A stretch of DNA of 64,000 nt, taken from assembly GCF_018350175.1 (NCBI RefSeq), contig NC_058368.1:67396001-67460000 (forward strand). Direction: 5' to 3'. Made by a program: the position numbers and the translations under genes. The notes beneath the pieces were generated by a model, which worked only from the letters and a program-made list of their open reading frames with translations, was not told the origin of the DNA and did no database searches. This DNA comes from Felis catus (Eukaryota). Positions 48,666-59,918 of the stretch are shown here, piece by piece. Numbering within the stretch: position 1 is the stretch's first letter; each line of letters opens with the position of its first letter.

Positions 48666-49137
48666 TGTAAGGGTTAAATTGTAGTGTAGGGCTAAGGCTT
48701 AGCTTGAAAAATAACAGCTTTGTGTTGACACTGAAGGTTAAGAGATAACAGCCTTGCTTTGCTCTGGTAAACTACGTCTCATACCCTTGTAAATTAGGCT
48801 TCACCAACTAAGGAAACAAAAGTTCAAAGAGAAGAGCATCAGAGGCAGGGTCAAGGAGATCCACTGGTTGCAACTTAGAGGCAGAAAGTCTAAAGTAAAC
48901 ACCTCATTAGGCAACTGTTTCTAACTCATCTGGAACCTGTTTCTTTGTTCTGTTCCCAGGTGATGATAAAACGATGTGATCGGTTATAAAAACTCTGTAC
49001 CCCGGCTGTTCGGGGCCGCACTCTTATCAAGAGTGTTGGTCCCGATCGGTCGGCCTTGCCTCTCATTGTAATAAACTTTGTTGTGACTGTCACTGGTGCC
49101 CGTAGCATTCTGTTTCAGGAGTCGTGTGGATGCAACA
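48666..49137 (+). mobile_element. Solo endogenous retroviral LTR (472 bp, ERV1-like)
   Basis: TG...CA ends, 4-bp TSD TGTT (48662-48665 and 49138-49141), TATAAA at 48985-48990, AATAAA at 49070-49075. Confidence 0.82.
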
Positions 49138-49287
49138 TGTTCACATTTACTAAGATTTTCTGGGGTTTCCAATCCTTACTATGATTTTTGTGTGTGCCTG
49201 GTCTAAGAGTTTCTGATAGCGGTATGTTTTAAATTTCAGGGACTAATCTTTTTTTTTTTTTTAATTTCCAAGATTATTTATTAATTA

Positions 49288-49675
49288 TTGTGGTGGGTTA
49301 AATAATTCCTCTTACCCCCAAATTCTAGTTTGCTCAGAGCCTCAGAATGTGACTTTATTTGGAAATAGGGTCTTGGTAGATGTAATCAGTGAGGAAAAAG
49401 AGGAGAGGACACACACAACAATGCCACACAAAGGTGGAAGCCGAGATTAGAATGATGACTACAGGCTAAGGCATGCCAAGGATTGCTAGGGACCACCAGA
49501 AAGGAGGGAAAAGCCAGCAAAGATTCTTTTCTAGAGCCTTCAGAGAGAGGATGGCCCTGTCAGCTCCTTGATTTTGGACTTCTGGTTTCCAGAACTATAA
49601 GAAAAATAAATTTCTGTTGTTTTTAAAGCACACAGTTTGTGGCAATTTATTATGGCAGCCCTAGGAAGTTAACAC
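49288..49675 (+). mobile_element. MaLR LTR (MLT1C/D-like)
   Basis: cctcagaatgtgactttatttggaaatagggtc...ccaaggattgc...ggcagccctaggaagttaacaca. Confidence 0.8.
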
Positions 49676-50429
49676 AATTATTATTTTTTTTTATATCCTC
49701 CTGTTCTCATTTCGTTTATGCCTATTTTGTTCCGTGCTTCCTTTCTTGCATTTGCGGATGTATTGTATTGGGTGTCTTGTATGGATGTTCTTATATTTCC
49801 TGCATTTATATCTATAAAGCATCCTTAGTCTATAAAGTTAATTTCCTCTTCTATGAGTTCAGGCTCCGTTGTTGATTTGTTGCCCGTCTTTCTTGGCATG
49901 ACAGCTCTTGATATGTTTTGAACTTTTATTTTGCAGTTCCATTTTGGGTGGACAAGTAGGTTTGTATTTGCTATTCCTCTGTGAGCCTCCTAAAGTGGCT
50001 GGCTCCTTTTCATAAATGAGGCCTCATTTACTGCCCTCCGTCCATCAGCAGGCCTGTTGGCTCCGCCTCCAAAGTAGATTCCAAATCCTACCGCTTCTTT
50101 CCATCTTGGCCATTACCACCTTGAGCTATAAAACTTTCTGACTGGTAACTCTGTTATCGCTCTTGCTCACTGAATCAGATACACTGATTGTCAACTGTGT
50201 GGGTACCCCAACAAACTCCCCAGGGCCTTTGAAGTTACATGGAGTCATGTCTCTAGTTATGGCCAATGGAAGTGTAAATGACATGTGTTCATTTCACATG
50301 AATTCGAGCTCTATTTTTCTTTCTATGCCTGGGCAACCTGAAGACGTTGGATACATTATTGCCTACTTGTAGGGAGCTGTACAGGAGTTGCCTCATAGGG
50401 AGTTTCATAGGAACTGTGTTGGAATTTGT

Positions 50430-51290
50430 GTACGTTAACTGTATCCCAGAAATTTTCATATGTTGTATTTTCTTTTTTATTCAGTTCTAATGTTTTCTAA
50501 TTTCTGTTGAGGCTTCCCTTTGACTCATGGGTTACTTAGAAGTGTGTTGTTTAGAAATATTTGAAGATTTCCCTATTACCTTTCTGTTATTGATTTCTTG
50601 GTTAGTTGTATCATGGTCAGAGAACATACTTTATATAATGAGTTCTTTTATTTTATGATTGCAATTATTTTAAATTGGTGAAGCTTTGTTTTATGATGTA
50701 GGATATGGTTTATCTTGGCGAATATTCCATGTGCACCTAAAAGGAATGTGTATTTGTGGGGCACCTGGTTGAACGTGTGACTTCACAGTTCACTGTGCTC
50801 TCACAGTTGCTGAGAGAGCATCGGGCTCTGTGCTGTCTCTGCTATCTCTGCACTTTGGATCCTCTGTGCCCCTCTCTCGCTGCACCTCCCCTGCCCACGT
50901 TCTCTCTCTCTCTCTCTCAAAAATAAATAAACGTTTTTTTTTTTAAATAATGTGTATTCAGTAGTGTTCTATAAATGTCAGATGGATTCAGTTGGTTAAT
51001 GAACAGTTCTGATTTTCCTTGCTGATTCTGTGTACTCATTCTATGTATTACTGAGAGAGAAGTATTAATGTCTCCAACTAAAATTATAAATTTCTCTCTT
51101 TTACCTTTCAGTTCTGTTAGTTTTAGCCTCGTGTATTTTGAAGATCTGTTGTTAGGTGCATATCCTCTAGAATTTTTATGTCTTCTCATTGAATTGATCC
51201 TTTTATCAATTGTAACGTCCCTCTTTATCCCTGGTCATTTTGTTTTGCTTTGAATTCTACTTTGTCCCATATTAATCAGTCTTCTGGCAT
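50430..51290 (-). mobile_element. Old L1M ORF2 endonuclease fragment with a SINEC at about 50757-50940
   Basis: ORF 50917..51189 has YAPNN and IILVGDINTSLS (L1 endonuclease motifs). Confidence 0.82.
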
Positions 51291-51294
51291 CTTC

Positions 51295-51306
51295 CTTCCT
51301 TCCTTC

Positions 51307-51373
<67 letters not shown>

Positions 51374-52945
51374 TCCACTTATTCATTTTTGAGAGACAGA
51401 GAGAGACAGAGCATGAGCAGGGGAGGGGAAGAGAGAGAGGGAGACACAGAATCTGCAGCAGACTCTAGGCTCCGAGCTGTCATCACAGAACCTGACGCGG
51501 GGCTCGAACTCACAAACAGGTGGAGATCATGACCTGTGCTGAAGTCGGACGCTCAACCAACTGAGCCTCCCAGGCGCCCCAGCATTTTTTTTTTTAATGT
51601 CTTTTTCCACAGCTGTCCTGAGATTTAGTACATTTTAAAAATTGTGGTAAAAAAGGTCTAGCAAAATAAACCATATTAACCACTTTTTTAGAAGTTATTT
51701 TTGCTTTGAGAGAGACAGAAACAGCATGAGTGGGGGAGGGGCAGAGAGCGAGGGGGTGAGAGAGAGAATCCCAAGCAGGCTCTGCTCTGCCAGCGCAGAG
51801 CCTGATGAGGAGCTTGAACCCATGAAGCCACATGCGCATGCTAAGGAAGCCTTTTCAGGTTGTTCCTGGAGTTGGAGGTTAGGGAGAGAGAGAACATGAG
51901 CAGGGGAAGGGCAGAGAGAGAATCCCTTCTTGACAGTGCAGAGCCTGACATGCTTGATCTCATGAACCATGAGATCATGACCGGAGCCAAAATCAAGAGC
52001 CACCCAGATGCCTCTAACCACTTGAAAAAAAAAGTTTATTTATTTATTTTGGCAGGGGGGAGGAGGCAGAGAGAGAGAGAGGGAGAGAGAGTATCCCAAG
52101 CAGGCTCCAAGCTATCAGCACAGAGCCCGACGCGGGGCTCAATCCCAGGAACCATGAAATCACGACCCGAGCTGAAACCAAGGGCCTAACTGACTGAGCC
52201 ACCCAGGGGCCCCATGTTAACCACTTGTAAGTGTACTGTTCAGTAGTCTTAAGTATATTCACAATTATTATGCAATAGAGCTTTTCCATAATGTAAAACT
52301 GAAACAACAGCTCCCCATTCTGTCTCCCTCAAACTGCTGAGAACCACCATTCCACTTTGTTTCTATAGGTTTGCCTACTTTAGATACCCACCCCAGCTGT
52401 CTTTCTTTTGATTAGTATCTGCATGATAAATATTTTTTCCATCCTTTTACTTTTTCTTTTTTTTTTTAGAGAACTCTATTGACTTATAATTGATATAATT
52501 TACTCATTAAAAATATTTTTTTTAACGTTTATTTATTTTTGAGACAGAGACAGACAGAACATGAGTGGGGGAGGGTCAGAGAGAGGGAGACACAGAATCT
52601 GAAACAGGCTCCAGGCTCTGAGCGGTCAGCACGGAGCCCGACGCGGGGCTCGAACTCACGGACTGCGAGATCATGACCTGAGCCGAAGTTGGCCGCCTAA
52701 CCGACTGAGCCACCCAGGTGCCCCTATAATTTACTCATTTAAAGTGTACAGTTAGGGGTGACTGGGTGGCTTAGTTGGTTGAGTGTCTGACTCTTGATTT
52801 AGTCTCAGGTCATGATCCCAGGGTCATGGGATTGAGCCTGGTGTCAGGCTCTGTGCAGAGCATGGAGCCTGCTTAAGATTCTTTCTCTCTCTCCTTCTGT
52901 CCCTCTTCCCTGCTCACATGTGCTCTCTCTGAAAAACAAAAAAAT
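51295..52945. mobile_element. Dense SINEC cluster (about 51295-51580 -, several nested minus copies at 51690-52215, 52510-52724 -, 52754-52945 +) with (CTTT)n at about 51295-51374
   Basis: Several canonical SINE bodies read directly. Confidence 0.88.
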
Positions 52946-52949
52946 AAAT

Positions 52950-53741
52950 GTGTACAATTATTTTTAGTAAATTCATGGATATGTGCAACCATCACCACTA
53001 CCTAATGTTAGAATATTTTCATCACCCCCCGAAAGAAACCCTATCCACATTAGTAGTCACTCCCTATTCTTTACTCCCAGCCCTGGGATACCACTAATCT
53101 TGCCTGTATGGATTTATCTATCCTGGTCATTTCACATAAATGGAAGCCTACAATTTGTGGCCTTTTGTGACCAGCTTTTTTCACTTAGCATGATCTTCTT
53201 CAGAGTTCTTTGATGTTGTAACGTGTATCAGTACTTTATTCCTTGTTTATCGTCAAACAATATTTTATTGAATGGATTTAGCACAGTTTACCCACTGTCT
53301 TGTTGATAGGCACCTGAACTGTTTCTACTTTTGATTATATAAGTTAGGAATGTCCATGTAACAAGATTTTGTGTGAACATGTTTTCAATCCTCTTAACTA
53401 TATATCTAGGAGTGGAATTGCTGGGTCATATGGTAAGTGGACATTTAACATTTTGATGTTTGTTTTCTAAAGTGGCTGTGCCATTATACATTCTCAATAA
53501 CAATATGTGAAAATCCCCATTTCTCTATATCCTCACCAACTCTTGGTTATAGCCATTCTATCAAGTATGAAGTGGTACCTCATTGTGGTTTTGAATTGAA
53601 TTTCCCTAATGGCTAATGATTTGGACTATCTTTTTATGTACTTATTGACCATTTACATATATTCTTTTGAAAAATGCCTATTCAGATTCTTTGCATATTC
53701 AATTGGGTTGTCTTTTTATTCTCGAGTTGTAAAAGGATATA

Positions 53742-53795
<54 letters not shown>

Positions 53796-54165
53796 CATAC
53801 TTTTTTTTTTGGATACAATTCCCTTATCAAATCTACAATTTGCATTTTTTTTCTTCCATCTTGTATATTGTCTTTTCATTTTCTTGGTGTCCTTTGAAGC
53901 ACAAGAAATCTAAATTTTTATGAAATCCACTTTAATTATTCCTCTGTGCTTGTGTTTTTGGTGTTGTATCTAAGAACCCTTTACTTAACCCAAGAACATG
54001 GAGATTTACTACTATCTTCTTTTATGAGTTTTATAGATTTTATACTTTATGGTCTAAGTAGGGAAGGGGTCCAACTCCATTCTTCTGCACATGGATCATT
54101 TGTTGAAGTGACCACCTTTGCCCCATTGAATTGTCTTGGCATCTTTGTTGAAATCACCAGGCCAC
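52950..54165 (-). mobile_element. Old L1M 3' region with (TA)n at about 53738-53790
   Basis: ttttcacttagcatgat, ggagtggaattgctgggtcatatggtaa, gaagtggtacctcattgtggtttt. Confidence 0.85.
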
Positions 54166-54594
54166 AAAAGGAAGTTCATCATACCATGTAGACAGCTTTA
54201 TAATTGATACGTTATTTCCTTTATTGTCCATTTTGACATTATCTGTCCTTTAATTATTGTGTTTATAAGATTAAATGCAATTGTTTCTATGCTTGGAGTT
54301 AGATGCAAGGATATAATTTAGATATGAGATAGATATTAATATCTATAAGTATATTAGATTTAAATATTTAGATATCTAGATATTCATATATATAAATCTA
54401 TAGACATAAAATCTGGAAAAAATAAAGTCCTTATGATTTGTTATCATATTTTCACAAGAAACCTTTATAAAGACATTGACTATTAGAATTCACTTTAGAA
54501 AGTTTGTTTTGAAGAGTTTACCCATTGTATGTAAAACATTTTATCACTAATTTCATATAATCAAAAATCAGAAGGCATAGAACTGTGCCAGTTT

Positions 54595-55120
54595 TTACAT
54601 TTTTTTATTGAGCTATAATTGACATATAACATTGTATTAGTTGTAGGTGTACAATGATTTGATATGTGCACATATTTTTTTCTTGTGATGAGAACTTTTA
54701 ACATCTGCTTTCTTAGCAACTTTCACATATACAATACGGTATTGTTACTTTTTCAAATTCAGTATTATTAACTATACTGTCCATGTTGTACATTATATTC
54801 ACAGGACTTATCTTGTAACTGGATGTTTGAAACTTTTGACCACCTTTGACAACCACCAATTTGTTCTCTGTATCCGAGTTTTTTAGATTCCACATACAAG
54901 ATCATATAGTATTTATTTTTCTTTGACTTCTTTCACTTAGCATAATGCTCACAAGGTCCACCCATGTTGTTGCAAATGGCAGGATTTCCTTTTTTATGGC
55001 TAAATAATACTCATGCAGGCATGCCACATTTTCTTTATCCATTAATTCATCTGTTAATGGTGCTTAGATTGTTTCCATGTCTTGGCTATTGTAAGTAATG
55101 GTGCAATGAACATGGGGTGG
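54595..55120 (-). mobile_element. L1M (L1MA-like) 3' end
   Basis: gattccacataca...ttcacttagcataatg...catgttgttgcaaatggcaggattt. Confidence 0.82.
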
Positions 55121-56177
55121 CCACAGAGCTGTTTAAAAAAATCAGTATTAATTCATTACAACTGTCCAAAGATTCATCTATTTATTATCAATATTACATG
55201 AACGTTTTATTTATTTAATACTCAGTTGTATACTTATTGGTAAAGTAAGAAGTTTATTCTTGGCAATAAACACAGAACAGCATTACTGTTGTACTCCACC
55301 TAAAACATCACTGATGTACAGCTTGCGAGCTGGATTGTGTTGGGGACGCCAGAGAAAGTGGCTTTGAACAAAACTTAACGCTAAAGCGAGTAACTCGAAT
55401 CTTATCTTGTTCAGCTTCCTATCTCTCTTGTTGAGTTTCCTTTGATGAGGACATGATGCAAGATCTTTCTAACAGGTCTCCCCCCTCACCCCCCTTATGG
55501 TTGACGTTGGCTGCACTCTCCAGACCCCCTTGCTCTCTTAGCAGCTGTGCCTCCCTGGTTGTTTCTTCACAGAATCTTCCAGAATTGTTCTCTTTTCTGG
55601 GCACGCTGGTCCGCTGGCCAGTGGTGGGGAGGGGGTTCCCGGGCTTCCAAACCATTCTCGCGGGCCTCGGGTCACTAACGTACTTCTGCCCGGCTGTCCC
55701 CGAAATGCTCCGGGCCCCACCAGCTCACCCTCCTCTACCGAGCCCGGGCCTCTGGCCGTTTCTCGAGCACTCTTCAGAGGAGTCTGTACTCGTTCCCAGA
55801 CGCTCGGCTGGAGGTAGCAGGCTCTGAGAATCGTGCAGTTCGCCGGTCCATTCCGAGACCTCCACTCCAGGCGCTCGGACTTCCTGGCACCTGGCTTGGC
55901 CTTCTCATTGTGGGCGCGGCGGCTTCACCTAGCTGGCCAAACAGCACACCGGAAAACCTCCTCCTCGCTAACCTCCGGCTCCAGGATCGACCCTAAAAGG
56001 CTTCCGCGGCCTGCGCATGCGGACTCGGCGGCCGCCACACAGCCGCCCCGGCCGCCTCCCTCCCGCCGGCCGCGGCAGTTTGGAGCTCCCTGACAGCTCC
56101 ACGACCAGCGGACGCAGCCTCGTCTTGTGCCTCCACGTTGTCCTATCAGAGACGGGGCGGGGCGGCGGCCCCCGCAG

Positions 56178-56196
56178 CCTATCAGCGCGAACCACG
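56178..56196 (+). promoter_or_regulatory. ERSE-like element CCTAT-N9-CCACG
   Basis: Exact 9-nt spacing of ERSE (CCAAT-N9-CCACG) with one mismatch; DNAJC3 is a known UPR target. Confidence 0.65.
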
Positions 56197-56429
56197 ATCC
56201 CGGCGAGCCCGGTAGGCGCGGGGCCAGGAAGAAGGCGATTGGGCGGCGGCGGCGCTCGGGGCGTAGCGTCGCCCGGACCCCGCCCACCGCTGCCTTCCTC
56301 TGCTGGGCGCCAGCTGCGGCTTAGGCCTGAGCGAGAGCCGACGGCGGGCGGGCGCAGCTGCACCCTGAGCGCCGGCGGGGCTGGTGGGCCCCGCACCCTC
56401 TCTCCTCCTTACTGCCCGCGCCCTTGGAC

Positions 56430-56511
56430 ATGGTGGCCCCCGGCTCTGTGACCAGCCGGCTGGGCTCGGTGTTCCCCTTCCTGTTGGTCCTGGTGGACCT
56501 GCAGTACGAAG
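56430..56511 (+). CDS. DNAJC3: DNAJC3 (P58IPK, ER co-chaperone) first coding exon, signal peptide MVAPGSVTSRLGSVFPFLLVLVDLQYE-G, 82 nt; intron 1 runs past the window end
   Basis: Kozak gacATGg, donor GAAG|gtgagt; N-terminal peptide recognised as DNAJC3. Confidence 0.97.
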
Positions 56512-57851
56512 GTGAGTCCTTCCCTGCTCTGGCCGGGGAAGCGGGCGCCCGGGCCAAGCCCCCTGGCGCTACCCCGTCTGCGTCCCGGCGCGAGTCTTCC
56601 GGCGGCCGGGGCCGCGGGGCGGGCATCGGGGACTCCGCGCGGACCGGCTGGGCCTGAGCCCGCCCCGGGGCGGGGGCCGGCGCTGGGTTCCGGGTTTGTC
56701 CGGGGACGGGGTGGTGGGACTGGCGGGCCGCCGGGCGGGGACGGCGGGTTTGGAGGGAGGAGCGGGACCGGAGGGGGTCGAGGGGGTCTAGGGGAGCGGG
56801 GCACCCGGCAGCGACTTCGGGAGTGTCCTGGGACGCGGAGTCTGGAGCAGCCGTCGGGCCCCGGCCTCGCTTGGGACCCTCGCTTGGCTCCTGGAGACAC
56901 TTGGTCAGTGGTGCTGGGAGGAGGCAGTAAAGGTGGCCAAAGGGGAGGCTTCTTTCGTTTTGGAGTTCCGGGGGGAGGGAGCAGTGTGTCCGGCCGCGTG
57001 AAGCGGTGGGGGGGACAGTGTTGACCGTAAAAAGTTGAGTAACCATCGCACTCCTGTACTCTGCGGTGGATAGAAGTTGTTTGGTTGTTGCCGGTGCTGG
57101 AATTCAAGGTCCCGGAGGGCAAGGCACAAAGTTTGTGGTTTTACTATGCTCAGGATGGTGTCCTTCTACTTAGGGCTGGTTTTCCTTTTTCCGAGTTCTC
57201 TTGGGGGGGGGGGGGGAAGGCCCCCTTAAAGGTGCAAACGCTTAAATTTCGCTTGGGTCCTACAGATTGGAGTGTTGGTTACTCTAACAATAGCAAAAGT
57301 AGAGGGCTGTCCCATCCTAGAGGTCAGCAAGTGGAGTAAGAATTAAAGTTGAAGGTGCCAGTTGAACTAATGCTTCCAGCCTGGTGACTGTGACAAATAA
57401 TTGGGCATAATGACCTATTACAGTCACTGATCTACTTTCATTCCTATGCAAAGGGCTAGTAGTCAAGGGGTCACACATTTCAGTATGAGACTTAATGTTA
57501 GATTTAGAGGAAGTGAGGAGCTGAAGTTGGGACTTGTTTATGGTAAAATCCCCTCAAAATTCTCAACTTCATTGATGTTGTTCTCCTGGTGAGCATATTC
57601 TTTTCTGAACCCCAAATCCGAACATATAGTGTGACAACACTGGGACAAAGAATTTGACATTCGTATTGCGCCAGTCTAGGAAGTTGAGATTTGAATGCCT
57701 GGACCACTTTTAATATGGGTCATGTACCTATTCCAGTTCTCTTGCATTTTCTAATGCTAACCCTCCCCCGCCCCAGTGTCACATTTATGTCCAGTTACTA
57801 CTGGTGGTTTATTTTGACCACTTAAGAGAAAGTTGCCTATGTTCCATTTAA

Positions 57852-57882
<31 letters not shown>

Positions 57883-57979
57883 TGAAAGTGCACACTTCTA
57901 TGTGATTTTCTTTTCCTGCTAGCTTTTGGACTACCTTTTTGGAATTGCTGTTCTGTATATTGTTCTGTAAGACTCTTAT

Positions 57980-58139
57980 TTTTTTTTTTTTAAGTTTATT
58001 TATTTATTTTGAGAGAGAGAGAGGAGGGGCAGAGAGAGAGGGGGAGAGAAAGAATCCCTAGCAGGCTCCACACTGTCAGTGCGGGCCTGACGTGGACTGA
58101 AACTCCTGAACTGTGAGATCTGAGTCACCCAGGTGCCCC
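57980..58139 (-). mobile_element. Internally deleted SINEC in DNAJC3 intron 1
   Basis: TSD-like gttctgta(a)ga(a)ctctta flanks. Confidence 0.85.
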
Positions 58140-58669
58140 TGGTTCTGTAGAACTCTTAATATTTCATTTCCCTCCTACAGTATTTTCCAGAAGGAAAACT
58201 TTGTTAGGGAGTTTTTCTGTATAGGAGGCATTGGTGACAGTTCTCAGAGGAAAGCCAGAGTGCTGTTTTTCAGGAGCATTGTCTGTATGAGGGTAACAGG
58301 GACTTGGTACAGGTGGCAGGGAAGAAAGGGAAAAGACGTGAAATTTATTAAAGGTCTGTGTGCCAGGCACCTTTCTATGAGTGATCTCTTACGGAGGTAT
58401 TTGATACTATTCCTCCTTTACAGATGCATTTAATTAAGTGTAGCTATAAGGTCACAGAGCTGTTAAATCTAAGAGCCATAAGTTAAGCTCAGTTTTTCGA
58501 CTCTGAAGTTCATCTTGTGTGCAGGCTGGAGGCAGAAGTTAAGTGGCTGACAGCATCATGTGGGCCCAAACATTTGTAACTGGTGGCAGCTGGGAAAAAT
58601 CAGCATTTTGTTTGTTTTTTTTTTGGCCACTGGCAGTAATGAACAGAAAGTTGATTTCCTGGCATGTTT

Positions 58670-58830
58670 AAAAGTGGTCCCCAAACTTGAGTGTGCATCA
58701 GAAGCTGCCTGGAGGGCTTTTAAAAACCGAGTGCTGGGTTCCCCTACCAGTGTTTCTGATTCAGTAGGTCTGGGTGGGACCTGAAATTTTGCATTTCTAA
58801 AAAGAAATCACTGGTGAGAATCACTGGTCT
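58670..58830 (+). mobile_element. MER5A-like hAT element
   Basis: gtggtccccaaactt...tgcatcagaa...tttctgattcagtaggtctgg...ttgcatttctaa. Confidence 0.7.
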
Positions 58831-59699
58831 AACAAGACATATAGAGGAGTAGATTAGGTGTCTGCCATGTACCAGACACTAAATTTGGTGACGAGGATAT
58901 AAAGATAAGAAAGAACCTCTTAGCTGAATTGGCAAACTGTTAGCTCCTGTTTTCCAAAATAAGTTGTGTTTGGTTTCAGTAACCTCAGAGTCCTTCAGGG
59001 GGATTTAAGTCTGAGGTTTGGAGGGAGAGGAACTGAAGGAGAAGGGTGTGAGAAGAGTGAGTGTGAAGCAGCGAGAGCTGCATGTGACAGAGAGGGTCAC
59101 CAGTAATTGGCTTAGTTGGCCTAGTTTCTTCCGTACTTAAGAATACTCGTCTTTGGTTTTTTCTAGGCTTTTCTGTTAATTGTAATCCAAAGAAAGAAAC
59201 TATGTAGCAGTCTTATGAATTGAAAGATTGCATCTCTTAGCACCCCCTTTTAAAAAGGCCCTTGAAAGAAGGAAGTCTAAAGCACTAGGTTAGGAGTAGA
59301 ATTTTTGGAACAGAAAGAAAACTTTAGTAGTGTCTAGTATTCTCATGTTACAGATAACGTAGCTATTTTAATTCTTTGCTAATGGTTTGTTCTGTTTCAA
59401 TGGGAGCACAGCCTGGGAACCAAACTTTCTTTTAACTCTTTTTCTTACTAACATGCTACTGGGACTCAATTTTTCTTTATTTCTCTGAACTGACCTGACT
59501 AAACTGTTTATTTGGCCATAGGAAAAGAATAGTTGGAAAGTTTTAAGTATAAGTGATATTGATAACTTCTATATTCGCCTAACCTACTGAAAGTATGTTT
59601 TGTCTTCTCTAGGATTTTCTGACGTTATTTAAATTCGGAAAGAAAAAATAAAGCAGGGAAAATGAGTGACTTTAAGTAATATATATACATTAAGTATTT

Positions 59700-59918
59700 A
59701 TTTATTTTTATTTTTTTTAATGTTTATTTTTGAGAGAGAGAGAGAGCGTGCGCGTGCAAGAGCGTGAGCAGGGGAGGGGCAGAAAGAGGCAGACACAATC
59801 CAAAGCAGGCCCCAGGCTGTCAGCACAGAGCCTGATGCTGGGCTCCAACTCATGAGCTTCGAGATCATGATCTGAGGTGAAGTTGGACGCTTAACTGACT
59901 GAGCCACCCAGGCGCCCC
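59700..59918 (-). mobile_element. SINEC
   Basis: Canonical body. Confidence 0.88.

Larger units (their letters stand above)
55600..57050. promoter_or_regulatory. CpG island, DNAJC3 promoter (probably bidirectional)
   Basis: CpG-dense; NRF1-like TGCGCATGCG at 56012-56021, GC boxes, inverted CCAAT (ATTGG) at 56238-56242. Confidence 0.9.

Noticed and set aside
56321..57122. 237- and 241-aa minus-strand ORFs over DNAJC3 exon 1
   Set aside because: CpG-island artefacts with Pro/Arg-rich composition and no domain.
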